64,000 bases of DNA from Salaquimonas sp. (GCA_022340185.1 JAJDOK010000073.1:45049-109048), one strand, 5' to 3'; shown: positions 9,904-18,989, counted from the stretch's first letter. Translations and numbers: made by a program. Notes: generated from the letters alone by a model not told the origin.

Positions 9904-10317
9904 CTAGTCGTCGATTTCCAGACCCAGCAATTCGGCTGTGCGCGCCACCAGGCTGATCTCGAATTCGTGCAACTCGTTGTCGGCAACCGACAGGTCGCGC
10001 ATCAGGTCGAGAATGTGGCGTTTGGTCTCCAGCGGCATTTTCGACACGATGGTGGTGAATGGAAACAGCGATTTCTCGGATTCGGCTTCCTCACGCACCA
10101 TGCGGTCGAACAGCTCAATCTCGTCGGGCCGCACCTCGAGTTCGTCCTGCAGGATTTCGCGATATCGCGTCAATTCCCTGTCGCGTATCTTGCCGTCCGC
10201 CGTCACGACGCGGAACAGCAGCACCGCCATCGCGATACGTTTGTCGCCCGTGGAATATTCAATCAGCTCGTCCCCGGATCCCAATCGCTCCAGGAACTCA
10301 CGCACCATCGCATACAT
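9904..10317 (-). CDS. TerB-like (tellurite-resistance TerB family) small cytoplasmic protein
   Basis: 137 aa with a helical, acidic TerB-type repeat pattern (DGKIRDRELTRY... and ADNELHEFEISL). Assigned by family resemblance only. Confidence 0.6.
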   Translation of the reverse strand: MYAMVREFLERLGSGDELIEYSTGDKRIAMAVLLFRVVTADGKIRDRELTRYREILQDELEVRPDEIELFDRMVREEAESEKSLFPFTTIVSKMPLETKRHILDLMRDLSVADNELHEFEISLVARTAELLGLEIDD

Positions 10318-10786
10318 TATCGGAATCCGCCTCGCGCGGTTTCACCTTGCCCCACAGCGGCATTCGGGCACAACCCCGGCCTGACGGCAAGAAGAATATT
10401 TTAAGTTGCATGTATTTCGCGCCTGTAAAACGGTAAAAACCGGATTCCAATGGGCGATTGCCGACAGGAACCCGGTTTTGAGACGCAATGAGCCCCCTTA
10501 CCCGGAGGGGCGCCCCGGTACGCAATACCTGATCCGGGGGTGGACGGTTGATCCCCGCCGCAGGTCCGTTCTAGGCAAATATCGTAAACAGCCGGTTAGA
10601 ATAGGGTTACCCGCCTGTTAACACGCAATTTTTTTTGCCATTCTCCGGCAATAACCCGTTGCAGCCGGTTCGCATTCGCTTCACACAAACGCGCCGCAAT
10701 GCCGAAACGCAGAGATTGACGCCGCTCCGCCGCTGGGATAAAGGCATATAAAGAAATGTTTATGTCGTGATTTACAGGTGAGTTTC

Positions 10787-11818
10787 ATGCCCGACACGGG
10801 GTCGAAAGCCACTGACGCATTGAGCGAACTTCTGGCACGCAAGGACGTGCTGCTCGCCGATGGCGCGACCGGCACCAATCTGTTCGACATGGGCCTTGCC
10901 TCCGGCGAGGCGCCGGAACTGTGGAACGAATCCAATCCCGACAGGATTCGCGAACTCCATCGCGGTTTCGTCGAGGCCGGCTCCGACATCATCCTGACCA
11001 ATTCCTTCGGCGGCACGCGCCAGCGCCTGAAGCTGCATGACGCGCAGGATCGTGTCTTCGAATTGAACAAGCGCGCCGTTGAACTCGCCCGCGAGATCGC
11101 CGACGAGGCCGATCGCAAGGTCCTTGTCGCAGGTTCCGTCGGCCCGACCGGCGAATTGATGGAACCGCTCGGTGCGCTGACCCATGATGTCGCCGTTGCC
11201 GCCTTCACCGAACAGATGGAGGGGCTGAAAGCAGGCGGCGCCGATCTGCTGTGGATCGAGACCATGTCGTCACCTGACGAGATCAGGGCGGCGGCCGAGG
11301 CCGCCGGCAAGACAGGCCTACCCTATGTCATCACCGCATCCTTCGACACCGCCGGCAAGACCATGATGGGCCTTGCCCCGGGAACCGTGCCGGCGCTTGC
11401 AGGCGAATTCGAGGTCAAGCCCGGTGCCATCGGCGCCAATTGCGGCGTCGGCGCCTCCGATCTGCTCGCCTCTGTCCTCGACATGACAGCGGCCGACCCC
11501 GACGCGATCGTCGTTGCCAAGGCCAATTGCGGCATGCCGGAGATCAGGGGCGACAAGGTCGTCTATAACGGTACCCCGCAAACCATGTCGGAATATGCCT
11601 GCCTTGCGATCGACGCCGGCGCGCGCATCATCGGGGGCTGCTGCGGCACGACCTGTGATCACCTGAAAGCCATGCGTGCGGCAATCGATAATCATCACAA
11701 GGGCTCGCGTCCCGACCTCGACGCGATTACGGCCCGGGTTGGCCCGATGATCAATACCACGTCGGGCCAGAACGACCTCGCGCCGAGACGCGAACGGCGG
11801 GGAAGACGGCGCGGTTAA
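10787..11818 (+). CDS. homocysteine S-methyltransferase domain protein (Bmt-like, or a stand-alone MetH Hcy-binding module)
   Basis: Contains LLADGATGTNL and ILTNSFGG, plus C-terminal GGCCGTT Zn-ligand cysteines. The track start is GTG 10778. ATG 10787 has AGGTGA 5 nt upstream. Confidence 0.85.
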   Translation: MPDTGSKATDALSELLARKDVLLADGATGTNLFDMGLASGEAPELWNESNPDRIRELHRGFVEAGSDIILTNSFGGTRQRLKLHDAQDRVFELNKRAVELAREIADEADRKVLVAGSVGPTGELMEPLGALTHDVAVAAFTEQMEGLKAGGADLLWIETMSSPDEIRAAAEAAGKTGLPYVITASFDTAGKTMMGLAPGTVPALAGEFEVKPGAIGANCGVGASDLLASVLDMTAADPDAIVVAKANCGMPEIRGDKVVYNGTPQTMSEYACLAIDAGARIIGGCCGTTCDHLKAMRAAIDNHHKGSRPDLDAITARVGPMINTTSGQNDLAPRRERRGRRRG

Positions 11819-11819
11819 A

Positions 11820-11863
11820 GCAATTCCAGACAAAGTGGGAATCGGTTTTCCGACCGGAATTGC
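11820..11863 (+). repeat. 44-nt hairpin repeat, copy A (GCAATTCCAGACAAAGTGGGAATCGGTTTTCCGACCGGAATTGC)
   Basis: Outer stem GCAATTCC/GGAATTGC. It sits 1 nt after the stop of the preceding gene. The family also includes the copies at 23565 and 25741. Confidence 0.7.
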
Positions 11864-11878
11864 GTCAAATAAAATGTA

Positions 11879-12613
11879 CTAGCCCAGCGCCTCGTCGAAA
11901 AAGGTGATCAGCCGCCTCCAGTGGCGTTCCGCGCCTGCCGGATTGTGCACGCGGTTGTCGGGCACGCACCAGCCATGCTCCATGCCGACATAGTTCTCGA
12001 TGATATGATCGACTTCGGCCTCGCGCAGCGCCTGCGCCAGCACGCCGGCCTGTTCCGGCGGGAATGAGCCGTCAACGCCGGCCGCGCCGACATAGATGCG
12101 CATATTCTTCATCGAAGCGGCGGTGCGATGCGGACTGTCAGGCGCGTCGGAGGCGAGGTTGCCGCCATGAAAGCTTGCCGCCGCCGCTATACGATCGGCG
12201 TGGCCCGCCGCCGCATTGAGCGCCCTTGGACCCCCCATGCAATAGCCGACGATTGCCGCCTTGCCGGTAACGCCATGTTCGCCAAGCGCGTCGAGAAACG
12301 CGCCCGTGTCGCGAATGGTCATATCCTGTGAAGTACCGCCGAGCCGACCGAACAGGACCTTGCGCGAAGCTTCTTCCATCATGGCCGTCTTGGGGTCGAA
12401 CTGCTCGTAATCGCCAAACCGGTAGAACAGGTCGGGCACCAGCACGCCATAGCCTTCGCTCGTCAGCCGCTCGGCCATCTGGTCGAGCGCCGGCCTTGGC
12501 CCGTGGATGTCCATGAACAGGATGACGCCGGCCCTGGGAGCACCGGAAGGCAGGAACAACCCTGCCTTTGCCACACCGTCCTGGGTCTTGATCTCGATTG
12601 CCTGTTTGGCCAT
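11879..12613 (-). CDS. dienelactone hydrolase family protein
   Basis: An alpha/beta hydrolase with the GYCMGG nucleophile elbow. ATG 12613 has GGAGG 6 nt upstream (track start 12649). Confidence 0.85.
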   Translation of the reverse strand: MAKQAIEIKTQDGVAKAGLFLPSGAPRAGVILFMDIHGPRPALDQMAERLTSEGYGVLVPDLFYRFGDYEQFDPKTAMMEEASRKVLFGRLGGTSQDMTIRDTGAFLDALGEHGVTGKAAIVGYCMGGPRALNAAAGHADRIAAAASFHGGNLASDAPDSPHRTAASMKNMRIYVGAAGVDGSFPPEQAGVLAQALREAEVDHIIENYVGMEHGWCVPDNRVHNPAGAERHWRRLITFFDEALG

Positions 12614-12702
12614 GCGCGCCTCCACTGATTTCGTATCGGGCAAAAGCAATAGCGGCTCACCGGCGAAACCGGCAAGCCGCGATTGGCGTTGTGGCGGTCA
12701 CA

Positions 12703-13299
12703 TTAGAGTTGATCGAGGTCGTCGCGCGCCTTCTTCAGGATCTCGACGGCCTTTTTCGCCTGATCGGCGTCCATCTCGCCGCTGCGCACCTTGCGGTAGA
12801 GCGCACGGCGCAGGTCGCGGATCGCATCGCCCAGCGCAACGCCCTGCATGTCGCCGGATGCCTCGTCGAGCTGCGCATTGATGCGGTCGAGTTCGGTCCG
12901 GTTTTCCTCCAGATACGCCCGGCCTTCATCCGTGATCGTGTAGAGCCGCTTGTTGCCCTGCGTTTCGGAGACGACCAGATCGGCCTCCTCCATCATCTGC
13001 AGCATCGGGTAGATGGCGCCCGGGCTGGGACTGTAGGCCCCCTGGAAACGGGTCTCCAGCGCCTTGATGATGTCATAGCCGTGCCGCGACTCTTCCGCGA
13101 TCAGCCCAAGCACGACGAGGCGCAGCGCGCCGGAATCGAACATGCGCGAACCGCGCCCGCCGAACGGCCCGCCCCTGTGCCGCCCGAACGGACCGCCACC
13201 TTTCCAGCCCCGGCTTCTTCCACCAGGACCCCTGCCGCCGCGCCCGGACATCATCCATCGCGCATGGTGCATTTCGTAGTGGTGTGAACATGAATGCAT
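12703..13299 (-). CDS. PadR family transcriptional regulator with an N-terminal Gly/Arg-rich extension
   Basis: Winged-helix core LRLVVLGLIAEESRHGYDIIKALE...GAIYPMLQMMEE. ATG 13299 has AAGGAG 6 nt upstream (track start 13326). Confidence 0.85.
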   Translation of the reverse strand: MHSCSHHYEMHHARWMMSGRGGRGPGGRSRGWKGGGPFGRHRGGPFGGRGSRMFDSGALRLVVLGLIAEESRHGYDIIKALETRFQGAYSPSPGAIYPMLQMMEEADLVVSETQGNKRLYTITDEGRAYLEENRTELDRINAQLDEASGDMQGVALGDAIRDLRRALYRKVRSGEMDADQAKKAVEILKKARDDLDQL

Positions 13300-13341
13300 T
13301 GCATTCTCCTTAATAATGTTTTTCATACATCATATTTAGCT

Positions 13342-13355
13342 AAAGATATATCTTT
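13342..13355. promoter_or_regulatory. perfect 14-bp palindrome AAAGATATATCTTT in the AT-rich padR upstream region (candidate operator)
   Basis: Read directly from the sequence. It is the only strongly AT-rich stretch for several kb and lies 43 nt upstream of the preferred padR start. Confidence 0.3.
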
Positions 13356-13453
13356 TGCAAGATGCAATTTTGATTTGCGCAGGAAGACGCAGGAAAAAGC
13401 CCCGCAGGTCTGGGAAGGTCAGTTCTGCCGGCAGTTCAAAATTTGGAAGAAAT

Positions 13454-14173
13454 TCAGGCCCGGCCGGCGCGCGCAAACGCCGCCATGTGGAACTGTACCT
13501 GCGTGTCGGGATAGCGATGGTCGCGCCCGACCGGACAGGCATCGCGCGCCCGGCAGCCCGCGTTCATGCAGTCGGGCTGCGTCACCGAACCATCACGCGA
13601 AGCAGATGAATCAAGATAGGAACGGCACCCCGCCGCATCGAAGCCATCGGGTGAAAAAGCATCAACCGGACAAGTGCTTAGGCATGGTTTCTCGACGCAT
13701 TCATCGCAGGGATGAATCGTCACGCGAGCTTGTTGAATCGCAATCTCAACATCAAAGACCAGCGCGCCACGATAAGCGTGCCACAACCCGAATTCGGGAT
13801 GGATCAGCATGCCGAGCGGCGATGGCTTCAGCCCCTCACCCCGTTTCGCCCATTGCTGGAACGGCAGATACGGCTTCTGCCACGGAAACACGGCCTTCGC
13901 GCCGAAGCGTTCCGCAATGCCGCCGATCACCTCCGCCGACCAGGCATCGAGCGGATTGGCCGGCCTTGCCGCCTGCTTCTCCAGCCAGGCTGAAAAATGC
14001 GGCCAGATCGCCCCGCCGGCATGGCCGGTCAGGATGAGGCTCACCGCAGGCCTGCCATTCGGACCTTCCGGCCGCGCTTCGTCTGGCGTGAAATGGAAGC
14101 CGCCGCGCGTGATAAGGCCATGGCGTGCCAGCGCCTGTGACAGGTCCCCGGGGGTCCCTGCCGTCATTCTCAT
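13454..14173 (-). CDS. QueG/RdhA-C-terminal-like Fe-S (ferredoxin-type) protein
   Basis: 239 aa with Cys motifs CDECVEKPCLSTCP and CMNAGCRARDACP. It lies 92 nt downstream of the MttB-family gene on the same strand. Confidence 0.6.
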   Translation of the reverse strand: MRMTAGTPGDLSQALARHGLITRGGFHFTPDEARPEGPNGRPAVSLILTGHAGGAIWPHFSAWLEKQAARPANPLDAWSAEVIGGIAERFGAKAVFPWQKPYLPFQQWAKRGEGLKPSPLGMLIHPEFGLWHAYRGALVFDVEIAIQQARVTIHPCDECVEKPCLSTCPVDAFSPDGFDAAGCRSYLDSSASRDGSVTQPDCMNAGCRARDACPVGRDHRYPDTQVQFHMAAFARAGRA

Positions 14174-14265
14174 TCTCCCTTCAGGCTGCCGGCGCGGCGT
14201 ACGTCACCGTAGAACTGCTCATCAACAATGCCACGAGCCCCGGTTTCGTCCGCCCGCCCTTCCTT

Positions 14266-15867
14266 TCAGCCGAAGGCGTCGGGCATGGAATCCTTCTTCT
14301 CGCGCATGAAGGCCTGCAGTGCCTCGTCGATGCCTTCGTCGAGCGGCGGCGCCTCATATTGCTCAAGCCAGCGCCGTGCGGTTTCGCCGGCCCGGTCCTC
14401 GGCCCGTTTCGAACCTTCCAGTTCCCATTGTTCGAAGGAATTGTTGTCGGCCACGGCTGAGACATGGAACGCCGTCTGGAAGTTTTCGCGCGTATGCGTC
14501 GCGCCGAGATAATGGCTTCCCGGACCGACTTCGCGGATGGCGTCCATCGCCTGCGCGTTCTCGCTCATGTCGACGCCGGCGGCGAATTTCTGGTGCGCGG
14601 CAAGCTGGTCGGCATCCATGACCAGCTTCTCGTAGGAGGATACCAGCCCGCCCTCCAGCCAGCCGGCGGCGTGCAGCATAAAGTTGACGCCACCGAGCAT
14701 CGCCGGCCACAGCGTGTTGGCGCTTTCATAGGCCGCCTGCGCATCCGGCACCTTCGAGCCGGTCAGCGCCCCGCCCGAACGGAACGGCAGATTGTAGCGC
14801 CGGGCGAACTGCGCCGCGCCCATCAGCACCTGCGCCGGTTCCGGCGTGCCGAAGACGGGCGCACCAGACTGCATCGAGATCGCTGTGGCGAAAGTACCCA
14901 TGACCACCGGCGCGCCGGGCCGGCAAAGCTGCGAAAAGGCGATGGCGCTGGTCGCCTCGCACAGAACTTGGCTGAGCGTGCCGGCCACCGTCACCGGGCT
15001 CATCGCACCGCCGACGATGAAGGGCGAGATCACCGTCGCCTGGTTGGCGCGGGCATAGACCTTCAGCGCCCCAAGCATGGTCGCATCCATGACCAGCGGC
15101 GAATTGCAATTGATCAGACTGATGGTGACGCAATTCTTGTCGACGAATTCCTCGCCGAAGACGATTCCCGCCATTTTCACCGTGTCCTCGGCGCGTTCCG
15201 GCGCCGTGACCGATCCCATGAACGGCTTGTCGGAATAGCGGATATGCGAATAGACCATGTCGAGATGGCGCTTGTTGACCGGGATATCGACCGGTTCGCA
15301 CACCGTGCCGCCGGAATGGTGCAGCGCCGGCGCCATATAGGCGAGCTTCACCAGATTGCGGAAATCCTCGATCGCCGCATAACGCCGCTCGCCATCGATC
15401 CCGCGCACGAAAGGCGGCCCGTAGACCGGGGCGAACACCGTGTGCGGCCCGCCGATCTCGACATTGCGCGCCGGATTGCGCGCATGCTGGGTGAAGGTCG
15501 AGGGCGCCGTCTTCATCAGTTCGCGGCATAGCCCCTTCGGGAAGCGCACTCGCTCGCCCTTCACGTCGGCACCTGCATCCTTCCACAGTTTCAGCGCTTC
15601 GGGGTCCTCGCGGTATTCGACGCCGACCTCCTCCATCAGCGTGTCGGCATTCGCCTCGATGACCTCGATCGCCTCCAACGACAATATGTCGGTCGGCGGC
15701 AGGTTGCGCGTCACGAAAGGTAGGCTGACCGGCCGCTGGCCGGTACGCGCCTGGCGCCGCGCTGCGGCACCACCACCGGCTCCCCTGCCGCGCCTTCCCG
15801 TCGATGCCGCGATCTCCATCGGCGGGCTTTCTCCATCCTGGCTTTCGGAAACGTCACTCTGGCTCAT
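14266..15867 (-). CDS. trimethylamine methyltransferase (MttB) superfamily protein, non-pyrrolysine type
   Basis: A roughly 533-aa uninterrupted ORF with family-typical length and sequence. ATG 15867 has GAGGGTGAGGAAA just upstream. The N-terminus carries an RG-rich segment. Confidence 0.9.
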   Translation of the reverse strand: MSQSDVSESQDGESPPMEIAASTGRRGRGAGGGAAARRQARTGQRPVSLPFVTRNLPPTDILSLEAIEVIEANADTLMEEVGVEYREDPEALKLWKDAGADVKGERVRFPKGLCRELMKTAPSTFTQHARNPARNVEIGGPHTVFAPVYGPPFVRGIDGERRYAAIEDFRNLVKLAYMAPALHHSGGTVCEPVDIPVNKRHLDMVYSHIRYSDKPFMGSVTAPERAEDTVKMAGIVFGEEFVDKNCVTISLINCNSPLVMDATMLGALKVYARANQATVISPFIVGGAMSPVTVAGTLSQVLCEATSAIAFSQLCRPGAPVVMGTFATAISMQSGAPVFGTPEPAQVLMGAAQFARRYNLPFRSGGALTGSKVPDAQAAYESANTLWPAMLGGVNFMLHAAGWLEGGLVSSYEKLVMDADQLAAHQKFAAGVDMSENAQAMDAIREVGPGSHYLGATHTRENFQTAFHVSAVADNNSFEQWELEGSKRAEDRAGETARRWLEQYEAPPLDEGIDEALQAFMREKKDSMPDAFG

Positions 15868-16146
15868 TTTCCTCACCCTCAAGGAACGATGCGTGCCGGG
15901 CGACATCCCTCCACCCGGCTTTCATGACTCGATAATCGCAAATGACTTGGTGCGCGGGATTTCCAAAACCGTCATGACGAGGTCGCAGCCGTCGCTTTCG
16001 TTTTCTGCAAAGTCGCTTAGAAGGCAGGCATGGTGCCGTTGGTTCTTGCACTATGCGAATCAGCGGGTAAACCTGTAGGTGTTAAGCGTTTTTGCGTTTC
16101 GGGCATCTTGAACGGCCGGGACGGCGGCAGGAAGGATTTGGGTACC

Positions 16147-16860
16147 ATGTCCGACGAAGAAGAAATCATCCTCTCCGAACTGAATGACGAGGAACTCGTG
16201 CTGCAGATGCACGACGACCTCTATGACGGGCTGAAGGAGGAAATCGAGGAAGGCACCAACATCCTGCTCGAACGCGGCTGGACGCCCTACGACGTGCTCA
16301 CCAAGGCGCTGGTCGAGGGCATGCGTATCGTCGGCATCGATTTCCGCGATGGTATCCTGTTCGTGCCCGAAGTGCTGCTGGCCGCCAATGCCATGAAGGC
16401 AGGCATGGCGATCCTGCGCCCGCTGCTCGTCGAAACAGGTGCGCCGAAACTCGGTTCCATGGTCATCGGTACGGTCAAGGGCGACATCCACGACATCGGC
16501 AAGAACCTCGTTGGCATGATGATGGAAGGCGCCGGCTTCGACGTCATCGATCTCGGCATCAACACCGATGTTGACAAGTACCTGGCCGCGCTCGAGGAGC
16601 ACAAGCCCGACATTCTCGGCATGTCGGCGCTGCTGACCACCACCATGCCCTACATGAAGGTTGTCATCGACACCCTGATCGCCCAGGGCAAGCGTGACGA
16701 CTATATCGTGCTGGTCGGCGGCGCACCGCTCAACGAGGAATTCGGCAAGGCCGTTGGCGCCGATGCCTATTGCCGCGACGCGGCCGTTGCCGTCGAGACC
16801 GCCAAGAACCTGATCGCCAGGAAGCACAACCAGCTTGGCGCCCGCGCAACGACGGCCTGA
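16147..16860 (+). CDS. cobalamin-binding corrinoid protein (MtbC/MtgC-like)
   Basis: B12-binding DxHxxG motif (GDIHDIGKN), a helical cap domain, and a very acidic N-terminus. ATG 16147 is in frame within track ORF 16030. Confidence 0.9.
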   Translation: MSDEEEIILSELNDEELVLQMHDDLYDGLKEEIEEGTNILLERGWTPYDVLTKALVEGMRIVGIDFRDGILFVPEVLLAANAMKAGMAILRPLLVETGAPKLGSMVIGTVKGDIHDIGKNLVGMMMEGAGFDVIDLGINTDVDKYLAALEEHKPDILGMSALLTTTMPYMKVVIDTLIAQGKRDDYIVLVGGAPLNEEFGKAVGADAYCRDAAVAVETAKNLIARKHNQLGARATTA

Positions 16861-16965
16861 CCGGTTCGCCTGACCGGTTCTCGCCGAACTTGACCGATAT
16901 GCGGCGCGGCACATGACAAAATGCATTCGCCGACATGTCCCGGGCGGCGGAAATGGAGGCATGGC

Positions 16966-17625
16966 ATGGCTCAGCGTCGATTGCTCGACATATCGCTCGC
17001 CGCGACGCTGACCGCGCTGGTGCTGCTTGTCGCGGCCGTCATGGCGGCGGCGACCGCCAGCCCTCCCGCCAGTCAGGAACTGTTCGAGACGATATCGGCA
17101 CCGGCTGACTATGCTGCCCGGCTGGTCGCAACCGACGCCGGATTGCGCGTCGTCCTGTTCATCGACGGCCTGTTCATGCTGGCCTATACCACGGCAATAG
17201 GCTTCGCTGCCCTCGCCTTTCGCGACAACAACCGCCCGGCGGCATGGCTCGCCGGGTGTGGCATCGTTGTAGTCATGATCCTTGATGCGCTGGAAAACAC
17301 CACCATGGCCGGCTCGCTCGACATTGCGGGCCTGACCGGCGCCTTGACGCTCGAGCGCATCGCCACACAAGCATCGATTTCCGCCATGAAATGGCAGATC
17401 GCCGCCGCAACTCTGGTGGCCACGAGCTTCGTCCTGCCTTCGGCCACGCTGCTCGAGAAGCTGCTGGTGTGGGGTGTACGGCTCGGCCTGCCCGTTGCGG
17501 TACCGCTTTTCGTCTACGATCCCTTCGGATTGCGGGCGGTTGGCGGCATCCTGCTGCTCGTCTCGATGGCCGGCGGCTTCGTCCTGCTCGCCATCGTGCT
17601 GCGCGGACGAATGAGACAAGCCTGA
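16966..17625 (+). CDS. hypothetical integral membrane protein
   Basis: Several hydrophobic helices. GGAGG lies 6 nt upstream of ATG 16966. Its stop overlaps the next start (TGATG at 17623-17627). Confidence 0.55.
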   Translation: MAQRRLLDISLAATLTALVLLVAAVMAAATASPPASQELFETISAPADYAARLVATDAGLRVVLFIDGLFMLAYTTAIGFAALAFRDNNRPAAWLAGCGIVVVMILDALENTTMAGSLDIAGLTGALTLERIATQASISAMKWQIAAATLVATSFVLPSATLLEKLLVWGVRLGLPVAVPLFVYDPFGLRAVGGILLLVSMAGGFVLLAIVLRGRMRQA

Positions 17626-18248
17626 TGCCGACTGTTGCGACCAGCGCCCCCGCCGGCAAGCCCGAGCGCACGCGCATCATCGCCTGCGGCGCCATCGCGC
17701 GCGAGACCATCGCGGTGCTGGCGCAATCCGGCATGAGCCATGTCGACCTGACCTGCCTGCCGGCCAAGCTGCATCTTTATCCCGAAAAGATACCGGGCGA
17801 GATCGAACGCGAGATCCTCGAAGCCCGCGCGGAAGGCATCGAGCGTATTTTCGTCGGCTATGCCGATTGCGGCACCGGCGGCCTGCTCGATGCCGTCTGC
17901 GAAAAGTACGGTGTCGAACGCATCGCCGGCCCGCACTGCTATTCCTTCTTCCTCGGCAATGCCGAATTCGAGGCGTTGGGCGACGCCACCATGACCTCGT
18001 TCTTCCTGACCGATTTCCTTGCCCGCCAGTTCGACGCCTTCGTCACAAGACCGCTCGGCCTCGACCGCCACCCCGAATTGCGCGACGCCTATTTCGGCAA
18101 TTACGAAAAGCTCGTCTTCCTCGCCCAGACCGACGACGACGAACTCGACGCCAGGGCCCGCGCGGCGGCTGATTTCCTCGGCCTCGCCTATGAACGCGTC
18201 AGAACAAGCTACGGCGATTTGACGGCCGCGATCGGCGCGCTCAAATAG
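17625..18248 (+). CDS. DUF1638 domain protein
   Basis: IIACGAIARE and VGYADCGTGG motifs. It is translationally coupled to the upstream membrane protein. Confidence 0.8.
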   Translation: MPTVATSAPAGKPERTRIIACGAIARETIAVLAQSGMSHVDLTCLPAKLHLYPEKIPGEIEREILEARAEGIERIFVGYADCGTGGLLDAVCEKYGVERIAGPHCYSFFLGNAEFEALGDATMTSFFLTDFLARQFDAFVTRPLGLDRHPELRDAYFGNYEKLVFLAQTDDDELDARARAAADFLGLAYERVRTSYGDLTAAIGALK

Positions 18249-18252
18249 GACC

Positions 18253-18945
18253 ATGAAAACCATCACCACCATCGGCTTCGATGCCGACGACACGCTCTGG
18301 CACAACGAGGTCCATTTCCGCCTGACCGAGGACCGCTTCGGCGAACTGCTTGCCGATTTTGCCGGGAAAGACCACCTGAACGAACGGCTGCTCGAGGCCG
18401 AGCGGCGCAATGTCGGCCACTATGGCTACGGCATAAAGGGCTTCACCCTGTCGATGATCGAGACGGCGATCGAGGTGACGGGTGGCAAGGCGCCTGCTTC
18501 CGTCTTCAGCGAAATCCTCGCCGCCGGCCGCGACCTGCTGCGCCACCCTGTCGAGACCTTTCCGGGCGTCGCCGAGACATTGCAGGCGCTCAAATCCGAC
18601 TACCGGCTGGTCATGATAACCAAGGGCGATCTGTTCGACCAGGAAAGGAAGCTCGCAGCCTCCGGCATCGATCATCTCTTCGACGCCGTCGAGATCGTCT
18701 CCGACAAGAACACCGACACCTATGCGCGGATCTTTTCGCGGTATGGCGACGGCGCGGACCACGCTATGATGGTCGGCAATTCGCTTCGATCGGATATCAT
18801 CCCCGCGCTGGAAGCCGGCGCCTGGGCGACTTACATCCCGCACGAACTGACCTGGGCGCTCGAACACGCAGAGGAACCGGTCGGACAGCAGCGGTTCTGC
18901 AAGGTCGAAAGGATTGACGAACTGACTGGCCTGCTCGGTTCGTGA
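18253..18945 (+). CDS. HAD superfamily hydrolase
   Basis: Motif I GFDADDTLW plus ITKGD and VGNSLRSD motifs. It starts 4 nt after the DUF1638 stop. Confidence 0.85.
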   Translation: MKTITTIGFDADDTLWHNEVHFRLTEDRFGELLADFAGKDHLNERLLEAERRNVGHYGYGIKGFTLSMIETAIEVTGGKAPASVFSEILAAGRDLLRHPVETFPGVAETLQALKSDYRLVMITKGDLFDQERKLAASGIDHLFDAVEIVSDKNTDTYARIFSRYGDGADHAMMVGNSLRSDIIPALEAGAWATYIPHELTWALEHAEEPVGQQRFCKVERIDELTGLLGS

Positions 18946-18989
18946 TATCGCATCACGGCGCTGCCGGCAGGGTTGGAACCGCTCGTGGC

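Noticed and set aside
9904-10317. The TerB-like gene as part of a tellurite-resistance or phage-defence ter cluster.
   Set aside because: It is solitary, with no terA/C/D/E/Z or associated genes nearby.
15868-16146. A cobalamin riboswitch in the mttB/corrinoid divergent region, or upstream of the other B12-related genes.
   Set aside because: I could not find a B12-box-like core or the expected multi-stem architecture by eye. This needs an Rfam/Infernal scan before any claim.
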